NCBI GenBank assembly: GCA_902783675.1
Contig: CACZRW010000002.1
Location: 1-38,144, forward strand
Source: an uncultured Pseudomonadota bacterium
GTDB taxonomy: Bacteria; Pseudomonadota; Alphaproteobacteria; CACZRW01
DNA length: 38,144 bases
Direction of reading: 5' to 3'
Of this stretch, positions 1-7,724 are shown one piece after another; position 1 is the stretch's first letter; each line of letters starts with the position of its first letter. Position numbers and translations under genes: made by a program. Below the pieces are notes generated by a model. That model ran no database searches, was not told the DNA's origin, and saw only the letters and a program-made list of their open reading frames with translations.

Positions 1-32
1 ATTACGGCTATCGCCGTGGTTGCTACGCAACC

Positions 33-252
33 GGATTCCCAGCCTTCGGCTGAGAATGACGGGAAAAAGAAAGCTGAGAATAACGGGGAAATAATTAGAA
101 ATGAATAATTAGGAATTAGGAATGATTGCGTTTTTGCTTCCCGCAAAAACAACTTTTATCTTTTCATTCCTCATTTCTCATTCCTCATTCCTCATTTCTC
201 ATTCCTCATTTCTCATTCCTCATTTCTCATTCCTCATTTCTCATTCCTCATT
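33..252. repeat. Palindromic heptad-array intergenic element, copy 1
   Basis: Left flank is GGATTCCC..GAATGACGGG (33-63). Five in-phase heptads AATAATT/AGAAATG/AATAATT/AGGAATT/AGGAATG lie at 90-124. The conserved core ATTGCGTTTTTGCTTCCCGCAAAAACAAC has an 8-bp stem GTTTTTGC (130-137) / GCAAAAAC (143-150) and loop TTCCC. It is followed by 12.5 tandem complementary heptads CATTCCT/CATTTCT at 165-252. The same architecture recurs at 8769-8921 and 26966-27088. Confidence 0.9.
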
Positions 253-262
253 AAACTCACCC

Positions 263-994
263 TCACCCTGTAATCCCCAAACCTTTAAGCTCTTTACGAG
301 CAGATTTATAGGAAGGGTAAAGTGCTTCTACTTCTTTCCAAAACGCCGCCGAATGGTTCATTTGCGCAAAGTGGCAAATCTCATGCACAATGACATAGTC
401 GATTAACTCCCTGCGCACATAGCACAAGGAAAAGTTAAAGGACAAAGTCCCCGAAGTCGAACAACTGCCCCAACGCGAAGAATTACTGCGCACACTCACG
501 CGCCCGACTTTGCCGCCCTTTGCCGTGCTTAAAGCCAAAGGGAAGGTCTTGGCGTACTCCGCAATCCGCACTTTGATATAGGATAAAAGTTCCTTTTCCA
601 TATATTCTCTTACTCGCCGCGAGATATGCTCCGGCGCGCCCGATACATAAATGACATTACCCTCGCGCCACACGCCGCGCCTTGCTTTCGGCATGTTGAC
701 AAAGGACACTTGCTCACCGAAAAAGTTAATGGTCGCCGTTCCCAAAGCCGCTTCGGGCTTCTTTAGAAGCCGTGCGGTTTTAATGAGCCAGCCCGTGTTA
801 TCCTCTAAAAACTGTCGTGCCGTCCTTTCAAACGCATACCAAGGCATGGTTACGATAAAGCTCTGCCTGTCGCGCGCCAGCTTTATGGATATGCGTTTTG
901 CCCGTGCGCTACGCTTAAAATCAACGGGATATCCTTTGTAATTTTCGCTCATTTGCCGAAGATTTTTTCCTGTTTTTCTTTGCTCTCGGCGCAT
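263..994 (-). CDS. YgjP/DUF45-type (SprT-like, M48-related) metal-dependent hydrolase
   Basis: The protein has an HEICH (HExxH) motif followed by NHSxxFW near the C-terminus and the typical DUF45 N-terminal pattern (FKRSARAKRISIKL..). AAGGAAGG lies 7 nt upstream of the ATG at 994. An alternative ATG at 952 has a weaker SD. Confidence 0.75.
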   Translation of the reverse strand: MRREQRKTGKNLRQMSENYKGYPVDFKRSARAKRISIKLARDRQSFIVTMPWYAFERTARQFLEDNTGWLIKTARLLKKPEAALGTATINFFGEQVSFVNMPKARRGVWREGNVIYVSGAPEHISRRVREYMEKELLSYIKVRIAEYAKTFPLALSTAKGGKVGRVSVRSNSSRWGSCSTSGTLSFNFSLCYVRRELIDYVIVHEICHFAQMNHSAAFWKEVEALYPSYKSARKELKGLGITG

Positions 995-1142
995 AAGGAC
1001 GCCTTCCTTACCCGCCTTTTGAACCCTAGCAGAAATAAGTAAAAATATCTATTGCTTTTTAGGGGGAAAATGTAAAGATGAACAGGCTTGATTTTGTAGA
1101 AGATACACAAAAGACACAACAAAAGACATAAGGAGAAATTAC

Positions 1143-2153
1143 ATGGCAATCAAAGTAGCAATTAACGGTTTCGGCCGCATCGGTCGGCTTGTTCTTCGCG
1201 CTCTTTACGAGGAGAAAAGGAATGACATTGAAGTAGTGGCGATTAACGATCTTGGCTCTGCCGAGGCCAACGCCCACCTTTTGAAATACGACTCTGTCCA
1301 CGGTCGCTTTAACGAAGACATAGCGGTGGATGGCGAAGGCAACCTTGTCGTAGGCGGCAAGAAGATTAAAGTTTTTGCCGAGCGTGATCCCAAGCTTCTT
1401 CCTTGGAAAGACCTTGGCATTGACATTTGTTTCGAATGTACCGGCATTTTTACCGCCAAGGAAAAAGCGGTTGTTCATTTAGAAGCGGGCGCAAAGCGCG
1501 TGCTTGTTTCCGCTCCTTCTGCGGGCGCTGACAAGACCATTGTTTACGGCGTCAACCACAACACTTTAACGGCGAATGATTTGGTCGTATCTAATGCTTC
1601 CTGCACGACGAACTGCCTTGCTCCCGTCGCTTATGTTTTGCAAAAGGAGTTCGGCATTGTCCACGGGCTTATGACCACAATTCACTCTTACACGGGCGAC
1701 CAACGCTTGGTTGACACTTTGCACAAAGACCTGCACCGCGCGCGTGCTGCCGCTTTGTCGTCTATTCCGACATCTACGGGCGCTGCCAAGGCGGTCGGCG
1801 AAGTTCTGCCCGAGTTAAAGGGCAAGCTTGACGGCTTTGCCATCCGCGTCCCGACTCCGAATGTTTCCATTGTCGACTTAAAGGCGGTTTTGAAAAAAGA
1901 TGTAACTGCCGAGGACATTAACGCCGCCATGGAAAAGTATGCAAAAGGCGAGTTAAAGGGCATTTTGGCAGTGAACAAAGAGCCTCTTGTTTCCATCGAC
2001 TTTAACCATACTTCGGTAAGCTCGACTTTTGATCTTTCGCAAACCAAAGTCATTGACGGCAACTTCATTTCCATACTTGCCTGGTATGATAATGAATGGG
2101 GCTTCTCTTGCCGTATGGGCGACACAGCCGCCGCTATGGCCAAGTTCTTATAG
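1143..2153 (+). CDS. gap: Type I glyceraldehyde-3-phosphate dehydrogenase
   Basis: N-terminal INGFGRIGR Rossmann motif and active-site SNASCTTNCLAP. The length is 336 aa. SD AAGGAG lies upstream. Confidence 0.97.
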   Translation: MAIKVAINGFGRIGRLVLRALYEEKRNDIEVVAINDLGSAEANAHLLKYDSVHGRFNEDIAVDGEGNLVVGGKKIKVFAERDPKLLPWKDLGIDICFECTGIFTAKEKAVVHLEAGAKRVLVSAPSAGADKTIVYGVNHNTLTANDLVVSNASCTTNCLAPVAYVLQKEFGIVHGLMTTIHSYTGDQRLVDTLHKDLHRARAAALSSIPTSTGAAKAVGEVLPELKGKLDGFAIRVPTPNVSIVDLKAVLKKDVTAEDINAAMEKYAKGELKGILAVNKEPLVSIDFNHTSVSSTFDLSQTKVIDGNFISILAWYDNEWGFSCRMGDTAAAMAKFL

Positions 2154-2249
2154 GCTTAGGTGCGTGGCGGGCAGAAACTCTTGTCCGCCACAACTGTCAC
2201 CGCCGGCATGTGAAAGTATGTGAACAAAGACAAAGGAAAGGATATTAAA

Positions 2250-3437
2250 ATGGGTAACTTTAAGACGCTGAAAGACTATGATTTTAAAGGCAAGAGAGTG
2301 CTGGTTCGGGCCGACTTGAATGTCCCCGTAAAGGACGGCAAAGTAGCCGATACGACTCGTATTGACCGCTTTGCTCCCACCGCGAAAGAGATTGCCGCAA
2401 AGGGTGGCAAGGTTATTATAGTTTCTCACTTCGGCCGCCCCGAGGGGCAAAAGAATCCTGCCTTTTCGCTTAAAGTAGTTTATGACAACTTAAAAAAGGC
2501 GCTCGCTCCCGTCCCGCTTACTTTTGTTGATGATTGCATCGGGCCGAAGGTGGACGAGGCGGTGGCGAAGATGAAGGACGGCGAGGCGTTGCTTTTGGAA
2601 AATTTGCGCTTCTATCCCGAAGAGGAAAAGAACGATCCTTCCTTCGCCCTTGCGCTTACGAAGAACGCCGACATTTATGTTGATGACGCCTTCTCGACCG
2701 CCCACCGCGCGCACGCTTCCACGGACGGCGCGGCAAGACTACTGCCCAATGCGGCGGGCCACCTTATGGAAGAGGAATTAACAGCGCTGGATAAGGCGCT
2801 CGGCAATCCCGCTCGCCCCGTTGCCGCAATAGTCGGTGGCGCGAAAATATCTACCAAGTTGGACTTGCTCGGCAACCTTGTGGAAAAGGTGAATGTGCTG
2901 ATTATCGGCGGCGGTATGGCGAACACTTTCCTTTACGCCAAAGGCACCGATGTAGGCACTTCGCTTTGCGAAAAAGACATGGCGCCGAACGCCAAAGCAA
3001 TCATTGCCAAGGCCAAGGAAAAAGGTTGCGAAATCGTCCTTCCTTCGGACTTTGTCGTAGCTAAATCTTTGGAAGATGAACAGGGCGCAAAAGTGGTAAA
3101 AGTTATCCACGACGACGAAATGATTTTGGACATCGGACCGGAATCCGTTCAAGACATTATTGCCAAGCTCAAGACTTGCAAAACGCTTATTTGGAACGGA
3201 CCCGTGGGCGCATTTGAAACTCCCGCCTTCGCCAAAGGAACTTTTGCCGTTGCCAAGGCTGTCGCCGACCTTACCAAAGAAGGAAAGCTTTTGTCGGTGG
3301 CCGGCGGCGGTGATACCGTCTCCGCGCTTAAAAAGGCCGGCGTAATCGGCGACATGTCCTATGTATCCACGGCAGGCGGTGCATTTTTGGAATGGATGGA
3401 AGGAAAGACCTTGCCGGGGGTTAAGGCATTAAGCTGA
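2250..3437 (+). CDS. pgk: Phosphoglycerate kinase
   Basis: Carries RADLNVP, STAHRAH and GGGDT motifs. The track start at 2220 is a GTG. The ATG at 2250 has AGGAAAGGA upstream and gives a typical 395-aa product. Confidence 0.95.
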   Translation: MGNFKTLKDYDFKGKRVLVRADLNVPVKDGKVADTTRIDRFAPTAKEIAAKGGKVIIVSHFGRPEGQKNPAFSLKVVYDNLKKALAPVPLTFVDDCIGPKVDEAVAKMKDGEALLLENLRFYPEEEKNDPSFALALTKNADIYVDDAFSTAHRAHASTDGAARLLPNAAGHLMEEELTALDKALGNPARPVAAIVGGAKISTKLDLLGNLVEKVNVLIIGGGMANTFLYAKGTDVGTSLCEKDMAPNAKAIIAKAKEKGCEIVLPSDFVVAKSLEDEQGAKVVKVIHDDEMILDIGPESVQDIIAKLKTCKTLIWNGPVGAFETPAFAKGTFAVAKAVADLTKEGKLLSVAGGGDTVSALKKAGVIGDMSYVSTAGGAFLEWMEGKTLPGVKALS

Positions 3438-3486
3438 GCTCTGATTTTCTTCGCGAAGGAGTAAAGACGGACAAATCCTTTTCCCC

Positions 3487-4227
3487 CTAATACTCTTCGG
3501 CGAAATCGTCATCAAGGTAAGAGTGGCGCGCGGCAAGCTCATCTAACTCGCTTTGCTCGCCTTCTTCAAGCTCATCAAAAACCCCGTGCGCCTCGTCACA
3601 AAAATCTCGGTGATTTTGCGAGTTAAGCGCGGACGCGAGGTTAGCGATTTTTGTAATCATTTTATCAAATTGCACGGTCGCCTTTTTGCCTGCCTTGCAC
3701 TTAAAATAACCCATAATCAAAGTGCCGTTTTCCCCCAGCGCTTTTTGGTATTTTAAAGCAAAATTATTATAGCGGTTTTTCGCCCCTTCGCATGCCAGTG
3801 CCGCCACCATCAGCTTGCTTTGCATAGAGCGCAAGATAATAGCTTTTTTAAGCGCTTCCTTAGCGCAAGAATCATCTGCCCGCTTACCGCTTTTAGCGGC
3901 CTTTGGCGAAGTGGTAAAAGGCGCTTTTTTCGTTACGGCCGAGGGGGCGGGCTTAGGCAAAACCTCCCCTTCGGGCGAGGCAAAATCCTTCCCTTCTTTT
4001 TCATCTTTTTCCACTTCAATCACGATGGTTTCTTTGCTGACGGCGATGGTATCCGGCGCAATCACCGCACCTTTCTCTACGGTAATAATTGCAATTTCTC
4101 TAAAGGGCTCGGGCGGTGTGAAAGTAATAACAAAAAAGGCGTCCAATCCCGCCAAAAATAAAAGCGCGAACGCAAGAATTATCACCCGCGGGCTTATGGC
4201 TTTAAGCTTTTTAAGTCGTTTACGCAA
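3487..4227 (-). CDS. Hypothetical membrane-anchored protein (N-terminal basic stretch plus one TM, four Cys, acidic C-terminal tail)
   Basis: The track ORF (to 4401) overlaps the upstream HemY-like gene. A TTG at 4227 has GGAG 9 nt upstream and lies 4 nt after the HemY-like stop. It gives MRKRLKKLKAISPRVIILAFALLFLAGL.., a signal-anchor-like N-terminus. GTG at 4242 is an alternative start. I recognise no family. Confidence 0.55.
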   Translation of the reverse strand: MRKRLKKLKAISPRVIILAFALLFLAGLDAFFVITFTPPEPFREIAIITVEKGAVIAPDTIAVSKETIVIEVEKDEKEGKDFASPEGEVLPKPAPSAVTKKAPFTTSPKAAKSGKRADDSCAKEALKKAIILRSMQSKLMVAALACEGAKNRYNNFALKYQKALGENGTLIMGYFKCKAGKKATVQFDKMITKIANLASALNSQNHRDFCDEAHGVFDELEEGEQSELDELAARHSYLDDDFAEEY

Positions 4228-4231
4228 AGCC

Positions 4232-5506
4232 TTATTCTCCACCCAAAAATACCGTAATGCGCGCAAAGTTTTTACACTTATCACATACGCTGTGCCACCG
4301 GTTATAACGCGCTCCGCACGCCGAGCAGACGAAAGGTTTAAGCTCATCGATTTTCTCGCTGGCGAGCTCTTTAAAGCGCATGTCTTTGTCGGAATGAACA
4401 AGGGTATCGCCCTCGCATATTTCGCTCATAACTTTTGCGCCATACGCGGACGAAGGATAAAGCGCCAGATACTTATCCGCAAGCTCGCGCGCCGGTCCCC
4501 ACAACGCCGCTTTGGCATAGGCGTCCGCCAACACGATATTGTTAAAGGCTTTATATTTTCCGCCCGCCACCGCGCGCGTAAGCGCCTTTATTTTATCATA
4601 AGGTTTTGCGTCCGAAAGCACCTCGTTCATGGCGTCATAAACCAAAGTTGAAGCGGACTTCTTCCACAGCTTTGCAAGCACGCGCATAGCCTTTTTCCGC
4701 TGCCCTTTTTGCGCCAGAACAAGCGCGCTTTGCACTCCCGCGGCGGCGTTATCGGGGCACATTTTTGCCGCCTCTAAAATCAGCTCCGCAGAGGCGTTCT
4801 CATCGCTGCCGCTTTTTGCGAGCCCCTTTTCAAGCATCGCCGAACTCGCCATCATTAAATAGGTTTTTTTATCCACTGCGCGACGCTTAAAAGCCTCTTT
4901 TGCCACCTTTAAAATCTCGTCCCATTTTTGGAATAAGGAAAGCAAATTAAGGTAAGGGTTAACCACCCATTTTGCCTTTGGATATTCGGCGAAAACTTGT
5001 TGGTAAAGCTCTAACAAAGCCGCAGTTTTTCCACTCTTTCCCGCATCGTCGATTTGATGTTTTAGGGCCAGTAATTTTGTTCCTTTTTCCGAAGCGAGAT
5101 TTTCCAAAACTTCCGCTTTTTTAATTCCCGAAGTTATGTTTAAGAGCATCAGATTTTTAAGCTCCGGTTCATGAGAAAAAACCTTTGCCACGCGCCCCGC
5201 CAAGGCTTCGTATTTTTGGATATTTCCCTCGCCCACCGCGGTTAAATAATCAAGCATGATTTTATGCTTTTCTTTGCTTTCGCGCCTGTTCATAAATGCA
5301 CGCACCGCATCACCGAAAGAGAAGGGAAGCATTACGATTTTAATCAGGACAAAAAGCAAAATAAGCACAAGCAGGAACACCGGTAAAGAAGTGCTTATTT
5401 GATAGTCAAGAAAAGTAATTTCCACCTCGCCCGGATTGCTTGCGAACCACCCGCACAAAAGCGCTAAAACCGCAGCGACGAACACATATAAAAGCACGCG
5501 TATCAT
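4232..5506 (-). CDS. HemY-like TPR membrane protein (HemY_N-type N-terminus, two TM helices) with C-terminal CxxC..CxxC zinc-ribbon-like motif
   Basis: The N-terminus MIRVLLYVFVAAVLALL..EVEITFLDYQISTSLPVFLLVLILLFVL is typical of HemY_N proteins. The body is helical and TPR-like. The C-terminus carries CSACGARYNRWHSVCDKC. The gene sits directly downstream of the Mic60-like gene, as in alphaproteobacteria. Confidence 0.7.
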   Translation of the reverse strand: MIRVLLYVFVAAVLALLCGWFASNPGEVEITFLDYQISTSLPVFLLVLILLFVLIKIVMLPFSFGDAVRAFMNRRESKEKHKIMLDYLTAVGEGNIQKYEALAGRVAKVFSHEPELKNLMLLNITSGIKKAEVLENLASEKGTKLLALKHQIDDAGKSGKTAALLELYQQVFAEYPKAKWVVNPYLNLLSLFQKWDEILKVAKEAFKRRAVDKKTYLMMASSAMLEKGLAKSGSDENASAELILEAAKMCPDNAAAGVQSALVLAQKGQRKKAMRVLAKLWKKSASTLVYDAMNEVLSDAKPYDKIKALTRAVAGGKYKAFNNIVLADAYAKAALWGPARELADKYLALYPSSAYGAKVMSEICEGDTLVHSDKDMRFKELASEKIDELKPFVCSACGARYNRWHSVCDKCKNFARITVFLGGE

Positions 5507-5529
5507 GGTCTGTTTTCTCCCCTTTTTTT

Positions 5530-6555
5530 CTACTTGTTTTTACTTTCGTTTTCGCCGGCGATTTTTGTAATCGCAAGTTTTGTAAGCTCGTCGCAAAGTG
5601 CCTCAACCTGCAAAAGATTTTGCGCATTTTCGCACCACTTTTTGAACACTTCCTGCTTTGCCGAAGAAAGCTTTTTAAGCGCCGACTCGGCCGCATTTAA
5701 ATCACCCGCAGAGCTTGCTTTTTCCGCCTGCACCAAAAGGGCGCTTTCGCCTTCACCCTCGCCATTTTCACCCACCTTGCGAACAACGACGAGCGTCTTT
5801 ATTTTCGCCATGACGCCGTCCCAAAAATCACCCTTGTTTTCGCCTTCGGTTTTAAGCGCGGTTTTCACCAAAACAGGCAGTTCATTTTTAAGCTCGTTTT
5901 GGGTTTTTATCCCGTTTGCAAAAGGACGAATGGCCGCGATTTTGGAAAGCATTTCTTTGTCCCCTTCGCAAAGCCGCGAAAGCACATCAAGCTCAGCGGT
6001 AAAATCCTGCCCCGAAACGGCCGCATCTTTAAGCCGCATCGCCGCCACGACCAACGCCGCACCGAGTTGCCTTTCCTTAGCCGCCTCGGTTAGTTTTTCT
6101 TCCAAAACATCAACCCGTTTTTTAAGCTCTGTCAGCTCATTTTTGCTGTCGGGTTTAGAGGAAGAAATAGCAGCAGATTTAGCTTTGGGTTTATCCTCGG
6201 GTAAGGGGACGATTATTTCCTCTTCCTCTGTCACCTCTTCAACCTCTGCCGCATCATCGTTAGCCACCCTATCTTCGCTTGCCTTTGCAAACAGAATTGA
6301 TTGCGGACGGGGAGAGGTCGCTACGGACTCGGGCTTAGAGGCGGGAGCAACTTTCGGCAAAGGCAAAGTCTTATCCTCGCCCTTAATTTTAGCTATAATT
6401 TCCCCGATATATTCGTCCGCGCTTTTATAAAAAGAGGGGTAATAAAATCCCACCGCAATTCCGAGAAGGATAACGGCAATCACCGTCCACCGCCACCACC
6501 CGAAGCCTTTTTTCTTGGGCTTTTCGGGCTTGTCTTCTTCAACTTTATTTTTCAT
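5530..6555 (-). CDS. Alphaproteobacterial Mic60 (mitofilin)-like protein, COG4223-type
   Basis: Lys-rich N-terminus, one TM helix (WRWTVIAVILLGIAVGFYY), an acidic coiled-coil middle, and a C-terminal block (..LVVVRKVG..ALLVQAEKASSAGDLNAAESALKKLS..WCENAQNLLQVEAL..) that fits the mitofilin-domain pattern. The ATG at 6555 has GGAGGAG upstream. The track start at 6627 is probably over-extended. Confidence 0.65.
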   Translation of the reverse strand: MKNKVEEDKPEKPKKKGFGWWRWTVIAVILLGIAVGFYYPSFYKSADEYIGEIIAKIKGEDKTLPLPKVAPASKPESVATSPRPQSILFAKASEDRVANDDAAEVEEVTEEEEIIVPLPEDKPKAKSAAISSSKPDSKNELTELKKRVDVLEEKLTEAAKERQLGAALVVAAMRLKDAAVSGQDFTAELDVLSRLCEGDKEMLSKIAAIRPFANGIKTQNELKNELPVLVKTALKTEGENKGDFWDGVMAKIKTLVVVRKVGENGEGEGESALLVQAEKASSAGDLNAAESALKKLSSAKQEVFKKWCENAQNLLQVEALCDELTKLAITKIAGENESKNK

Positions 6556-6644
6556 TTTCTCCTCCGTTTGCAAGGCTGTTTTCTTTACATTTCTTCGCCG
6601 CAAGAGTATATACGCTATCAAACACAAAAGGAAGTATTTAAAAA

Positions 6645-7676
6645 ATGCGCATTTTGGGAATTGAAAGCAGTTGCGATGAGACCGCCGCCGCCGTGCTGGA
6701 CAGCGAAAAAGGCCTGCTGTCGTCGGTGGTGTGGACGCAAGCCGCCGAGCATAGACCCTTTGGCGGCGTCGTGCCGGAAATTGCCGCGCGCGCTCACTTG
6801 GAAAAAATAGATATTATCATCAAGGACGCTTTAGCAAAGGCGGACACGAAGTTTAGCGACCTTTCCGCCGTGGCAGCCGCCTGCGGCCCCGGTCTTATCG
6901 GCGGCGTGATTATCGGCGCGATGACGGGCAAAGCAATCGCAAGCGTTCTGGACATTCCTTTTATTGCCGTCAATCATTTGGAAGGCCACGCGCTTGCCGC
7001 TAAATTGGAAACGAGCGTGCCTTTCCCCTACCTGCTTTTGCTTACTTCGGGCGGACATTGCCAGCTTTTGGAAGTCCTTGGCATCGGCAGGTATAAGCTC
7101 CTTGGCAAGACCATAGACGACGCCGCTGGCGAAGCCTTTGACAAAGTGGCAAAGATGCTGGATCTAGGCTATCCCGGCGGTGGTGCTTTAGTGGAGAAAG
7201 CCGCACTTTCCGGCGATTCGCGCCACTTTAACTTTCCCCGCCCGCTTGCCAAAGAAAAGAACATGGACTTTTCGTTTTCGGGATTAAAGACGGCCGTTTT
7301 ACACGCTATAAAAAGCCTGCCCGCGCCCTTAACCGCACAGGATAAAAGCGACATTTGCGCGTCTTTCCAAGCGGCGGTAATCGATGTCATGAGCATAAAA
7401 GTAGCGCGAGCGATAGACCGCTTTTCCGCCGACTTTAGCGACTCCGATAAAAGTAAAACGCTGGTCGTTGCGGGCGGCGTCGCCGCCAATAAGTCCCTTC
7501 GCCAAGCTCTGCAGGAGTTAGCCGAGCAAAGGGGCTTTTCCTTTGTCGCGCCTTCGCTCAAACTCTGCACGGATAACGGCGCTATGATAGCTTTGGCGGG
7601 GCTGGAAAGGCTAAAGTTAGGCCTTACGGATAGCCTTGCTTTCCGCCCTCGTCCCCGCTGGCCTCTTTACGAATAA
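6645..7676 (+). CDS. tsaD: tRNA N6-adenosine threonylcarbamoyltransferase
   Basis: The protein begins MRILGIESSCDETAAAV, contains the HLEGH motif, and is 343 aa long. Confidence 0.96.
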   Translation: MRILGIESSCDETAAAVLDSEKGLLSSVVWTQAAEHRPFGGVVPEIAARAHLEKIDIIIKDALAKADTKFSDLSAVAAACGPGLIGGVIIGAMTGKAIASVLDIPFIAVNHLEGHALAAKLETSVPFPYLLLLTSGGHCQLLEVLGIGRYKLLGKTIDDAAGEAFDKVAKMLDLGYPGGGALVEKAALSGDSRHFNFPRPLAKEKNMDFSFSGLKTAVLHAIKSLPAPLTAQDKSDICASFQAAVIDVMSIKVARAIDRFSADFSDSDKSKTLVVAGGVAANKSLRQALQELAEQRGFSFVAPSLKLCTDNGAMIALAGLERLKLGLTDSLAFRPRPRWPLYE

Positions 7677-7724
7677 TCAAAAGCAAGTTATAAATACCCC
7701 CTAGCAAAAAAAGGAGAAAATACT

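Noticed and set aside
1-108. Frame-1 ORF open from the window edge to a TAA at 106-108 (..ITAIAVVATQPDSQPSAENDGKKKAENNGEIIRNE), a possible 3' end of an upstream + strand gene
   Set aside because: I cannot verify it without upstream sequence. Positions 33-108 are part of the repeat element, and the homologous segment in copy 2 is clearly non-coding. It is left uncalled, though a gene end within about the first 30 nt remains possible.
165-252. Heptad arrays as a CRISPR array
   Set aside because: The units are 7 bp and contiguous with no spacers, and no cas genes are present. This is a microsatellite-like tandem repeat, not CRISPR.
122-406. Track ORFs translating through the heptad arrays (122-406 +, and 27002-27397 +), giving FLISHSSFLIPHFS-type peptides
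   Set aside because: The periodic peptide is a by-product of the 7-bp DNA repeat. There is no SD, the ORFs overlap well-supported genes on the other strand, and the repeat number differs between copies out of frame.
2220-2249. Track start of pgk at GTG 2220, and similar 5' extensions for the skp, AKR, prs, coaB, Mic60-like and GGT-like ORFs
   Set aside because: Downstream ATGs have proper SD spacing and give N-termini and lengths matching the families. The extensions overlap neighbouring genes or intergenic promoters.
3449-3458. Palindrome CTTCGCGAAG between pgk and the convergent hypothetical gene, as a terminator
   Set aside because: It is a 10-bp perfect palindrome with no room for a loop and no flanking T-run, so it is too weak to call.
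3815-4651. Long antisense ORFs inside well-supported genes (3815-4651 +, 5534-6430 +, 9824-10888 +, 11602-12585 +, 15579-16226 +, 23450-24079 +, 36779-37465 -)
   Set aside because: Each lies opposite a gene with strong homology signatures or better coding logic. The products are Ser/Arg/low-complexity rich, with no SD and no recognisable motifs, which is typical of shadow ORFs.
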